A stretch of 64,000 nucleotides of DNA from Macrostomum lignano. Its lineage: Eukaryota. Position 1 is the first letter of the stretch. Each line of letters begins with the position of its first letter. A program made the translations under genes and the position numbers. Below the pieces are notes generated by a model. The model made no database searches. It saw nothing but the letters and a program-made list of their open reading frames with translations, and had not been told where the DNA came from. This document shows, piece after piece, positions 37,859 to 50,300 of the stretch. The stretch is taken from positions 124,001-188,000 of the forward strand of contig NIVC01000045.1 of the NCBI GenBank assembly GCA_002269645.1, read 5' to 3'.

Positions 37859-39686
37859 ATCCGATAGTGTTACAAGTCTATAAGGACAAGCTTGCGTACC
37901 GCTGCTCCCAATTTGTGACGCACATTCGGCTTTTCCATTGCCGTTGCTAATTCTTTTCATACCGTATTATTTCACTCTGAGCTATTTAAACTTTCAACTA
38001 CCGAAGGGTCAGCAGAGCTAATGTAATCATAGACCAAAAAGCATAACCAATAATTTTTTTAAGTCTGTCTCGTAATAAATAAGCAGTTGTGCTCTATAGC
38101 CTTTCTGCCGAGAATGTTCTGCACCTTTGTCAAAAGAAAAAAGGTAAAAAAGTCGTACTTACACTGTATCTAGCAACACGTAGGAAACTAACGAAAGTGT
38201 GTTTTAAAATGTCATATTTCTTCGGCAAGGTATAATAAACGACACATAGTTATAACAAAGGGTTTAAACTATTTACAAATGCACTAAGAACCTTAAAATA
38301 TAACAAAACAGTATGCGAAAATTGCACCAGATTAGTAGTCGTAGATACAAGGTAAAGCTCTCGTGTGACAGATTGGGATTCCGTATGGTTAAATGAAATT
38401 TTTCTATGGCATTCGTTTAATCATTAGATGTGATTTTTATAAGTACAGCTGCAGTAGCCTTTCGGGCATATAGCTGATTGTAAGATTTTTAACTGTTTTC
38501 CCATCATAGTTTTTGTTTTCTTTACGAAAAAAAATTGCATGCTTTGTTACGAGCGTAAGACAGCGGAAACCATTATTAATTAAGTTTTCTAAAACGTACT
38601 TTTTTTGCTGTAGCTTTATGTTCGCATTCTGTTGTTTTGAATTTCGAACACTTTATAAATCATTAGTGACGACATGTACTTGCATGTAGCTATTTAAGGT
38701 TCACGAAATGCGTTGCATAAAAAATCGGCACATGACATAATTTGTGGAATATAGATTTTTATTGAGAATGGTTACCCTATACCCGTTTAATGATTGTGCA
38801 TCAAGTTCAGTTAAACGCGTATTGGAAGATTTTTCGGTAAACGCAGTCTTAAATTAGAAAAAAATTCTATGTTCGATTTACTGTAAATTTTAATTGTTAT
38901 TAATATTTTTAAAGCATTCGCGATTTAAAACTTCACTAATAGAGGTTTGCCTTATTTTTGTGGTCTTGTTTCTTATCATATATAAGACTGAATTTACATG
39001 TAAAACTGATCTTAAAGTTTGTTGCTACTTTTTTACAGCAACTGGTATTGCTTCAAAGTAGAAATAAAAAAATCAGTGGCTTCTCCACCTTTTTGCCGTG
39101 TTTAAACCCATAGAAGCAAAAACATTCCTAATGGACACTTTGACTGACTCGCTTCCCGATCAAAAAAAGTTGGCTTAATTATGTCTTAAAGATGTCTTGC
39201 ATAAGACAGAAAGATGTCTTCAAGACATCTTAAAATATACTTAAAGACATCTTCCAGATGACTTGCAGAAGACGTCTTGCCCAAGATCATTTAAGAAATG
39301 CTGTTTCCATTGCAATCACAGTTGTTTAAAAGAAAAATGACTAAAAATATTACAGCACTCTTTTGTTTCGTTTCAGGCAATATTGATATGAAAGAGAAGC
39401 TATTTAGTAGGCTTCTAAACATGGTTCAATGTAAGTTATTATTTATGATTTATACATTCATTTTATAAAAGGCACAGTTTAAAAGTCACAGAAGCAATAA
39501 AATGGTGAATCAAAAACAAGTTAAAATACACTAAATAAAAATGCAAAAATACTCAAGTGCAAGTGTATAATTTTATAATGCATCATACCCAGTCATTGCA
39601 TGGAAATACTTGGTTAATGCAATAATGACCAAGTTGCTCATTGCTTGGTGGAAAACTTGCTGTAAATTGATCCTTTGCTAGCCAAC

Positions 39687-39984
39687 CATACATGTGCAAC
39701 CTCCAAAATTCGGTCAGCCGTGCGACTTAGTTTTAACAAAAATGCGACGTAGTTTTTGGCCAAAAATGCGACTTACATATAAAAAAACCCGAAAGCAAAA
39801 TTAACGCAACTTTGGGTAAACGGCAGGAGTAACTATGACTGTTTTATTAAGCTAAAATGTCTCGTCAGCTACTTAGTACTACTACTCGGGTTATTTTTTT
39901 GGGTGGGCATTTTTGCGACTCCTTGATTGGCCGCCAAATCGGTCGGCCAGATCGGCCGACTCGGCCGACTGTTGCGCATGTATG
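39687..39984. mobile_element. hAT-type MITE nested in the EnSpm-like element
   Basis: 14-bp TIRs CATACATGTGCAAC / GTTGCGCATGTATG; exact 8-bp TSD TAGCCAAC (39679..39686, 39985..39992). Confidence 0.88.
39814..39876 (+). pseudogene. 28S rRNA-derived fragment (helix 69-71 region), not a functional rRNA gene
   Basis: GGGTAAACGGCAGGAGTAACTATGACT matches the conserved eukaryotic 28S GGGTAAACGGCGGGAGTAACTATGACT (26/27, from memory). The following AAATGTCTCGTCAGCTACTTAG resembles AAATGCCTCGTCATCTAATTAG at the correct spacing. Confidence 0.75.
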
Positions 39985-42367
39985 TAGCCAACTACTAGTT
40001 TAGAATTGGCTCAATCCAGGAAGATTCAAGATCCAGGTTAGCTTCCACTATGATGGATAGCATGTGTTGATAAGGCATGAAAGGATAAGTTTAATAAAGG
40101 TTATAGTTTATAGGTTGTTAGGCTGAAATAATTTGAAATTCATAAGTAAAAAACAAAAAATAATAAATAATAGATTATTTTACTAATATACTTTAAAAAT
40201 CTAATAAATAAATTGCCTAGGCCCCTACTATATATTCACACAAGTGTATTATACAATAACTTTGCCTTAGGCTTAAATACATAGGCTAAAGCTTAGGGCC
40301 TAATCTCAAAGCAAAATAAAAAGATTAGAATATCAATTTTATATAAAACTTCTAGGCATACCAATTCTATTTATTCTCTATTAGGCCTAATCCAATTTTT
40401 TAATGTGATATAGGCCTAATAATAAATTATAAGGCTATATCTATTTCTTATTTAAATTTTCATTGGCCTAGCCAAGAAAAAAGCACTAATGACTAGGCCT
40501 AATATTCAAAATATTGATATATTGAAAACATCATATATATGCCATTAGCCAATAATAAAGGCAAAGAGGAAGCAACATATAAAGGCCTATAGGCCAAGGT
40601 TTTCTTTTTTGCCAGAGACAAGGTACAAAAGTGCACTCTATACTCATTTTTATAGTGCAATTTTAAGGCTCAAAGTGCAATTTCTTATTTTTCTTATTTT
40701 AGGGCAATGCAAATGAGGCTTCAAGTTTAACAGAAAAACAGGTTAGAAGACTGTCCCTAAATTGCAATTTTCAATTTCTGGGTGCAATTTTAAATTAAAA
40801 GTGCATATACACACTCTATATATAAAAAATAAACCTAGCTATAGGCTCATGGAAATTATTTATTACTTTTGACATAAAAATCAAAACAAAAACTATTTAG
40901 GCCTAAGGAAGAAGCTAGGGCCTATCTAAGGCTAAGAGGCCTACAACAGAACAAAATAGCCTAATAAGCCAATTCAACAACTATAAAACTTTGACTTTAA
41001 AAAGCCAAAAGTAAATAAAACATATATTTTTAGTTTTAGGCCTAGTACATGGGCCTCTAGTTAATGCCTGAATCTTTTAAGGCCTAACTTAAAATGTAAA
41101 CATGATTATGCATTAGTTAACTAGTGCTAGGCATAGCAATAGATATGCAGTAGGCCTAACTAAAAAAACATTGCATCCAAGGTCCAATTTAAAATTGTAA
41201 TTTTTAAGTCAGGATGTTACATAGCATCCCTATTGCCTATTGCATAAAAACATTTCTGGCCAATCTGGGTTTTTGCTGGCACCTGGCACTAGAATATGAA
41301 ATACAATCCTAGAAGCTATCCAAGGAAGAATTAGTAAAAAATACTACTAAGAAGGTCTAATTTGAGGATAGTAGATGTATCATCACGAATAGTAATACAC
41401 TATCGCATTAAGTAAAGATAAATCTAGGGTAGGGCTTACACCAGAATTCTATATAGGCTATAGCAGCCAATTTAAAATAGACACTTATCACAAAAGATAG
41501 AAGCAAGTGTTCGACAATTAGGCGGCCTTCACGGTCACAAGGTTGTCTTTTAGTCCTTTTTAAAAATGTCGTTCCGCCATATTGATTTTAGCTGTTTTTA
41601 ACAAAAGCATCACCGATATATATTGCAACTTCGTCTTTTTTAATGCTTAGCTGTTTAGAATTTTGTAAATATATTTGCTCCAATTAAAACTGTTGTAGTT
41701 AAACTTTGTCTCAAAGTTTGTAACGACTCAATACAAAAATTGCATATAATTGCACTCCAAAAGCGTAAAGGATTTTTAACAATAGGCACACCTTCCACAG
41801 ACTACAATACAACAAAATTTTTAGATAAATGTCACAATAGTTGCTTGTTTTATTTTTTATTGATTTTTACGATCTGGATAAATTTGTATCTCAAACTTCC
41901 TACTTACAGTAGAAACAGTTGTTTATGTAAATTTTTAGTCTTTAAGGTGATGTCTTAAAGATGTCTTCAACAAGACATCTCATAAAAGTCAATTTCAAGT
42001 CATCTTCAAGACAACTTTATCAAGATAGCTTGTGGAAGCAAAGTGGAAGATATCTTGAAATTGTCTTGAGGTGTCTTTAGCCATCTTAAGACAATTCTAA
42101 GACGTCTTAAGACAACTTCTTTTTGATCGGGTTTGACTGACTGACTCAGTCGTTAAATCTCTTTGCAAACAAATGCCTTAAAACGTAATACGATTTCTTG
42201 GCTTTCCAGGTTTGGGTAAAATTAATTAAAACTTCTGTGTGTTTCAGCAAATCAACTCAGCCGGCAAGAATGTTAAACGACAAGTTTTGACTACGCACAA
42301 CTTTTTTTAACCGACAGGTTTGAGTTCAAAATCATCTGTATCTACCTCAAATTAATAATGGATAAAT

Positions 42368-42463
42368 AATCAGCGGTCCCAGTGCGGGACAACGATTGTC
42401 TGGCGAGCGCCGGTAGGCGCGAGCCATAGACAAATCGTTGTCACGTGCTGCGTACCGCTGATT
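42368..42463. repeat. GC-rich imperfect hairpin
   Basis: AATCAGCGGT..GACAACGATTGTCT GGCGAGCGCCGGTAGGCGCGAGCC ATAGACAAATCGTTGTC..ACCGCTGATT. Confidence 0.75.
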
Positions 42464-43989
42464 CTTTGCATTGTTTTTCTGTTTGACGATCCTACAGACA
42501 ATGCATTGTTTGTAGTAATGGATTGTTCTGCATTAAAAATGTGAATAATGATCGTCAAATTGCTAAACAATGAGTACGCGGCTAAACCTGAATATATACA
42601 CAAAGATAAGCCTGAAGTGACGGTCACAGGACAACTTCAGCGCCCAGCAGTCTGGGTTTCTTAAACCTACTTAGTTGGGTCGAACCACACTTCATCTGGT
42701 CCGTTTTTATTTGATTTGATAAATCCGATATTATTGCACTCTCTCTGGCAAAACAAAACGGATATCATGACAAGATAATTTTATGCAAAACAGGATAGCA
42801 AACCCTGTTTTGGTAGCTCTGGTAGTGCAAAAGTGATCCGGTATAAATTGTTTTTGTGTGACGAAATCTTAACGCTACTTCGCGCAAAATTCAGGGCAAG
42901 AGTCGTTGAACAGATACATTCCGGTAATTCACCAGGCAGATTCACACAAGGAAACGCTGTGTTATTGCGCCTACTGTTACCCCAACCAATAGTGTGGTGA
43001 GCCAGTACGAGCTAGAATTACCGTTAGGTGTCTCACTCGAGTCAGCAGCTTCTCTCGCTCTAGGTCTGCCTGTTTTCTGGTGAGGGGCTGAGCTCCCCCC
43101 TTCGGTCTGCCTGCTTCCCGCCTCACTCCCCTATTTTCCCTGGTTTCGTTTGGAGCCACTGAGCAGCTTGGGCTGTGTGGCCTGCATATGCTCTTTCTTT
43201 CCTCTGCGTGCAGCGGTCACTGGTGCTTTTACTGGTGGCCCGTCTCTCCCTTTGTCATGTGAGCAAGTCACATGAAAATCTCTATTTTCTCGCAATCCGA
43301 AGTACAGTGACACCTAATTTATTATTGCACGGTTAATCACTGCTTATGGCGGAAATCATGTTTCCATGCCCAGGCACCCTTGCCTTCTCTAAGGCAGCAT
43401 GATGTCAGTTTCTAAAAATAGATACAGCGTCACGCAATATCTTGGGTGCTCTGACGCAATGGGGGTTGCCCTAGCTAGGTTATAACTACGAGCCCTTTCA
43501 GCCTTCTTTCCGTTAAGGATTCACTCCCAGTTTTTGAGCTCGACGCGAGTTGTCTGCATTTGCAAATCAAACATTGTCTCGATCAAGTGCTTATCTGAAA
43601 CCCAGACTACTAACCACGGCAATCACCCGCTTAGCCCCGACAGGATCTGCTGATTAGTCGCCAAAATCCTAAATTTGCACGAAGTGTTGAGCTTTCTCGA
43701 TTTGCCTAATTTCGTTCCGACTGGACGCTCACCTCACCAAAGACTGAGACCCGGAGGACTGGTGGCAGCAACTACATTTACCTACCCTACTAGAGAAGGC
43801 TTCGATAGAAGAGGCACTTCAGAAGGCCTAAAGGTACAAATATGGTGCCTGTACTTCAATAGCTATGGCGTTTTCAGATGGATGTAAATATATATGTACG
43901 AGTAAAGAGCGAAAAACAAGAGAGAAAAAGGCAAAAATGCATTTTTGTCCACATTGGAATCCCAAAAATTGTTTATTTAGTCTGATTTC

Positions 43990-45200
43990 TGGAATATGGC
44001 AAAAGTGCTGAAAGTGCGAATCTGCGTGAAGTCTGACCACAGCCTGGTGGCCTGTGACATCGACCAACGCTGGATTAAGCTGAAGCATTCGACCAGTCTG
44101 CTGACTCTTTCAGTCTGCCGTCCTGCCACGGCTGAAAGCAAATCGACCCAAGACGCTGTAGGACAACGACCCGGAAATTCTCCGGGCGAGGCAAAAGGTG
44201 CAGCGCGCCACTGCTATTCACGGCTACGAAAGCTACGAGGTCAGTACTACTCCGGACCAGCTGCAGAGCATCGGGACGCTCAGCGGGACCGAGATCTTCA
44301 TCAAAGAAGCAGTGAGCAAAATTCAACTAGCGACTGACAACTGCCGCCACAACGCTGCTTGTTGAGTCATTAATAAGATGACAGGCAGGAGGCCAGGCCC
44401 AGCACAGTCCTCGGTGTGACTCTATCCAGCACCGCAAAGTCTAGCTGGGTCTCGCACTACATCGACGTGCTCAACGCCCCTGCTCCAGCCACCCCACTCC
44501 AGGGTCTTGAAGACCATGCGCGCTAATGCAGACTCTGGGGTCGATTCCATTCCCACCAGTATCCTGAAGCTGCCCGAGCTAATAACTCCTGTTGTTTGGA
44601 ACCGCCTGTTGAAAAAGCACTTGCAGTCTTGGAGGCGGTAAGGCTAGCTGCATGGGCCCCACCACAATGGCGGCCACCTCCAAGATCGTTTTGATCCCGA
44701 AGTGGGGGCCTCTACCAGCCTGAAAACTAGCGAGGCATTGCGCAGGAACGCATCATCGCAAAGACCTGTCAGGTCCAACACATAGAGGCCTGCAAGACCC
44801 GCCAACGCTCCGTGTCGATCGTCTTCGTGAACTTTCGTGCTCAGGCTTGCGATCGAGTGGTTGTGGTCCTACTACGGCGTTCCCCCTGTACTGGTAGCTG
44901 CGGTGATGGACCTGTAGTGATTTCTGGGCGTTTGTGCGGATGAGCGACGGCCCCCACCGATGGGTTCAGCACAATCTCTGGCGTCCTGCAGGGCAACACG
45001 CTGGCTCCCCTGCTTTTCATCATGGTCGTGAATTACGTGCTGCGCCGCTCCCTTCAAGAGGACAATATAGCTATACATGTACATGCTGGTCCCATACCGA
45101 AGCTCCGACATCCCGCTGTTCCGCTGCCTGCTCCTCTATCGCGACCCAGAATGGCGATGGACGACTTGGTCTTACGAGTAGTTTGCGCACGCCATGGTTT
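43990..45200 (+). mobile_element. Decayed non-LTR retrotransposon (RTE/RTEX-like endonuclease-RT relic)
   Basis: Scattered motifs across frames: SDHSLV (APE C-terminus, ~44035), IVLIPK (~44687), VSIVFV(N)F (~44815), GVLQGNTLAPLLFIMVVNYVLRRSL (~44980), DDLVL (~45160). Many stops and frameshifts; boundaries approximate. Confidence 0.7.
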
Positions 45201-47343
45201 CACAGCCTCCGATTTTCTTGGGTTAATTTCTCTTCAGGTGGAAGCAGCTAGGCATTTTGCGGCGGTCTCGCGGCACTGAGATAGTGGTGACGTCGAACTT
45301 GTTTTTCATCCACGTAAGTAATCGCCAACGTGCTTGGCGTATATGCCAGTGTGACCGGACCGCTAGCTACCTTTGTTTCAGAGTTGTCCAACAATCTGTT
45401 TTGGCCCGGCCCAAACAGGTAACCCGCAGGAAACAGGAACTGCTCGTCATTAAACAATGCCCGGGAGGATCCCTCGTGGAAATGCGTATGATGCGCGGAA
45501 AAACGGGGGCATTTTTAGTAGTTAAAAGTTTCTCTGGGTTTTACTAACGAGAAGCGCTTTTTCAGCGTGTCGATGCGCTGCTGAAAATCTCGTTTGTCAC
45601 ATTGCTCTACCTGGATCATATTCACCAGGCACTTGACGCGGCTTGCCGGCATCTGCATAATCGAGCAGACCAATATCGTCTTAGCTAGAGACTGTACGGT
45701 ATAGGTCGACATGCGAGCAGGGTCACACACGGCACTCTTGCTAAGAATGTCCTGCTTAGCTAGTCGGTCCAGCCGACGCTCAACTAATGTTCATTGCCTC
45801 ATCCACGAAAGCACCGGCTCGACTGGAATCAGCGTCCCTGGTTTGTTAGAGGTGCTCTGAAATAGAAATAAACTAGAGCACGAAGCGTGCCGATTTCGTT
45901 TATAATCGATCGCGTATAATCGCGTACATGTACACATACAGTACTACTACTAGCGGCATTGCCGACGGCCGTTCGTTCCATTTTTTCGATGGCTTTGATT
46001 GAATCGCCGATTGAGTACAGAGAGAAGCCAAAATAATTTGATCATTCAATATATTCCGTGGCTAAGTACATGTGCGTTAAAAACAAAGGCATTGTGCGCA
46101 CGTTGTTTTTTATTTTTTTGACACAAGATCAAATCGAGAAAACTTACATGTATTCGTAGCTGCTCGCTGCTTCACAAATTAAAATTATAGGCGACTGAGA
46201 CTAAAAGATTTTTAAGTGTTACATTCATTTTATCTTATTCCCTATCTACACCGAAACTGGCCAACAGTAGTATCTGATGCGCCATTTTGATTTAATTATT
46301 TATACAAACGTGGACTCGGGGAGCAGTATTAGAAAACGCTGCATCTCAATTATAATATTGATTGTATTCAGATTAGTAATGACGCGAAACCAAGTGCTAG
46401 ATTTTACTATGTCACATGTTGGTATAGTTGTATAGTTTTACAGCAGTGGCGAATCGGCTAATTACCACCCACATGCATGCAGTCAATCCGTCGGACCAAC
46501 TGCAAGCTCCCTGCCTTAACAAACGCGCCCTTGGTTTGCAACGTCAAAAGCTCTCATGCAGACTGAAGTGGAACATTTATCTGACGTTCAATAATGATTA
46601 TTATAAAAATTAAATTATAAGCACAAATTTAGGAATTACTGGGATGCCAGTAAGCTACTCGAAATCTCCTGTTGCAACAGCATAGACTTGACTCTTTTCA
46701 AACTAAAAAGTCAAATAAATAAAAAATATAAGCTATAAAATAACTTATTTTTATATTTTTACCTATATCGTTACTAACTAAAAGGATTTGTTTTAGCGCG
46801 AATAAAAGCTGTTTATTTTTAAATGTAAATTTTTACGTGAAATTTCTTGGAAATTCTTAATTAATTCTTTTATTGCACAAGTAGGGTAAACTGTGGACAC
46901 GGAACCTCTTTGCTCTTTGAATTCTGTGAACTTGTTACAATTAGTGTAAAAATATCTTAAGCTCTACAAGCCTATAGCAACAATAACGAGGCATTTCATT
47001 CTGCGTGTAACGTTGATTTAAACACTATTTCCAGTATTGCCCAATTGTTTCGGCCTAGCCTAAGCAACGCTGTGAATCGTGGCTTTATTATAATTTATTC
47101 ATAGGAATAATTTTAATAACACAGATTTAAATAGTCAATTGAATTAAATTGAGTTAACATATTTAAAACTTTCAAATTTCTTTTCACCCTATTAGAGTTG
47201 TCTTGTGTAATTTATTACACTTTTGGTTATTTTTAAGCTTGCTAGACTACTAGTACTAATTTATAACTTGTATATTACACATAAATTATAGCTAAGCAAA
47301 GTTATAATAATATAAGTCAGAAGCCTTCCTAGTAATTAGTGTT

Positions 47344-50300
47344 ATGGCTACAAATGATTATAGCCATTTATTCAAGCTACTTATAATTGGAGATAGTGGT
47401 AAGTGTAATTTTCATTTTTAGAGTTTGTTTGACATATTCATTTCCCAATTGACATTCAGATTCACATTCAAATTTAACAAAGCCACTGTAAATTTTCTTT
47501 ACTTGAACGAAACACTTAAAAATTTTACAAATACTTTGATGCCAGTGTGCGGATCATGTACCCGTGTACGCCGGAAAAAATTCGGGCGTCAAGGACTTTG
47601 TACGCCAGTGTACGCCAAAAACAAAAAGTTGCACTAAAATGTACACCAAAAATTCCTAAAAAAAGGTCATTCGGTTTTCACGAGTAGAGTTTTCTAGGAA
47701 ATGCTTTGGTATAAAAAGTGTCTTTAAAATATTACGAATTTTTTCAGTTTAAACAAACTTAAATACTACCTACAAAAAATATTATGAAAAATTAATACTT
47801 TCAGCAAAATTTTACACTAATTTTATTTTTTTTAACTTAAAATAAGCAAAAAGTTTATCATTGACGATATAAATTTTCCTTTACTTTACGTAAAAACGTT
47901 AATTTACTTTACAATTTTCATGCACGGCATGAATTTATTCACCAAAATTTGTACGCCAAAAAAGTATGCGTGGCTGTGTTACTTGTGTACGCCAATAGTG
48001 TACGCCAACAAAGTGCGCCAGGGGTTGTGTACGCCGATTGTGTACGCCAAGGACTTAGGGTGGCCGTTTTGTACGCCGGAAAAGTTCTGGCGTACATGCA
48101 TACCATCCGCAACCTGGCTTTGATGCAATCAAGAAAAGAAAACAACATAAAATATCTCAGCATTTAAAAATAGAATATACAAATTATTCACATATAAATT
48201 TTATTCCTATTTCCTTAGTGTATTATAATGCAACTCAACACAATGCCTTGGTCAATGGCTTAAAATACACGCAGAGCTACAGAACTTTATTTTTCTCTTG
48301 ACGCACGCGAGATGCGTTGGCAAGTCAAAAATCAATGTGTTTAACTTATCCCGCACGATTTCCCGCATCGTTTCCTGCATACTTTCCCGCATGATCTCCC
48401 GCATTGTTTCCTGTATACTTTCCCGCACAATTTCCCGCACAATTTCCCACATTGTTTCCCGCATACTTTCCCGCACAATCTCCCGCATCGTTTCCCGCAT
48501 ACTTTCCTATATGATTCATACATGTATATGTCCTTCTCTTATATTATATGTACGTGTACAATATACCAATTATATACCAAGGACTACTTAACAACTTAAA
48601 ACAAGATTTTAAGAATGCAAAGAAGTTGGCTGTTTGCTCTAGCTTGTCTACTTGATGCTCTAAGCTACAGACTTATAGGCTATCATGTTGCGCTGCTATG
48701 TGAATTACTAAGCAAAAGGCCACTAAAACCATAGACACGTATTCAAAGCGCCCTTTTAGAATCGGGCCTGAATGTATCAGGCCTGCCGTTGCTGTAGTTT
48801 CTTCTCAGAGTTGAGTGGTTGGCCAGGCTAGTGCAGACTGGATTATGGAAGCAGATCAACAGGTGGTCGATGGCACACGTAAGGATAGTGCTGGTAAGAA
48901 TGGTACATGTTTGGTGCAAACAGCTAGGAAAGGTAGGAAATTATTTTTTTCTGAATGTAACAAGATCTTGCTTCACATTCCTTACTTTCTACTTGTTCAG
49001 TAGACGGTCTCTTATACCCTTATTGCTTAGTTTGATAGACAATAGGAGATAGGCACACCGATATCTCACACAGACTACATGTAGATGAATGATTCTTTAA
49101 AAGCAATCTTTTAGTCAAAAGCAAATTTTAATACAACATTCTAGCTACATGTAGTCGTGCAAGCAAACAAGCCAAATATAGCTAGGTACTACATGTACGC
49201 AGGAAAGTGCGGGAAACCATGTGGAAAATCGTGCGGGAAAGTATGTGGGAAATTGTGCGGGAAAGTATTTGGGAAATTGTGCGGGAAATCGTGCAGGAAA
49301 GTATGCAGGAAATCGTGCGGGAAAGTATGCGGGAAACGATGCGGGACATGTAGGAAATCGTGCAGAACATGCGGGAAATTATGCGATAAAACATGCAGGA
49401 AATTGTGCGGGATAAGTTAAACACATCAAAAATCAGCACTCTAGCTTAAAGCCTGTATGAGTTATTCACCTGCAAAGTGTGTTCCTATCTCCATAGTGTA
49501 TTTTGGGTGTCTAGCTTGACATCTGCTGACAGACACTACTACTCAACGCAGAGCTACGAAACTTTATTTTTCTCTTGACGCACGTGAGATGCCAATACAC
49601 TACGGAGATAGGAACACAGTTTGCAGGTGAATAACTCATGCAGGCTTTAAGCTAAGGTGCTGATTTTTACTTGCCAACGCATCTCGTGTGCATCAAGAGA
49701 AAAATAAGGTTTCGTAGCTCTGCGTTGAGTAGAAGTGTCTGTTAGTGAATGTTAAGCTGGACCCCCAAAATACACTACGGAGATAGGAACACAGTTTGCA
49801 GGTGAATAACTAGTACAGGCTTTAAGCTAGGATGCTGATTTTTGACTTGCCAATGCATATCGCGTGCATCAAGAGAAAAATGAAGTTTCGTAGCTCTACG
49901 TGTATTTTAAGCCATTGTGTTGAGTTGCATAATAATACACTAAGGAGATAGGAACAAACTTTATATGTGAATAATTTGTACAGTCTATTTTTAAATGCCA
50001 AGATATTTTACGTTGTTTTTTTTGATTGCGTCAAATTTTGTTGTCAATAGAAATGGCCGGGTGAATCCTTAGGTTGTGCCTAAGCATGCATGTCAGCATA
50101 AACACATGTTTATAAATGTAAAGTCATACAAAACTTGGTCTTCTGTATTTAGTAAATGAATAACATTTATTCATTTATTCAGCAACACAGTTAAGTAAAG
50201 GTGATAATTATATTATATAAAAAAATTGCTATGCTCTTATTGGCACTCATATCAAAATTATTGGTTGCTAACCGCTAAATCCATGAATCACAGAACTAGC

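Larger units (their letters stand above)
39155..42131. mobile_element. Non-autonomous EnSpm/CACTA(CMC)-like TIR element
   Basis: TIRs CCCGATCAAAAAAAGTTGGCTTAA and TTAAGACAACTTCTTTTTGATCGGG; TT on both flanks (2-bp TSD); dense AAGAC/GTCTT subterminal repeats at both ends. Confidence 0.75.

Noticed and set aside
39814-39876. rRNA gene
   Set aside because: Only about 63 nt, with helix 69 pairing disrupted; kept as a fragment.
47920-49439. Cys/Gly/Lys-rich ORFs (CGKLCGKV.., RTISRIVS..)
   Set aside because: Translations of transposon subterminal and TIR repeats.
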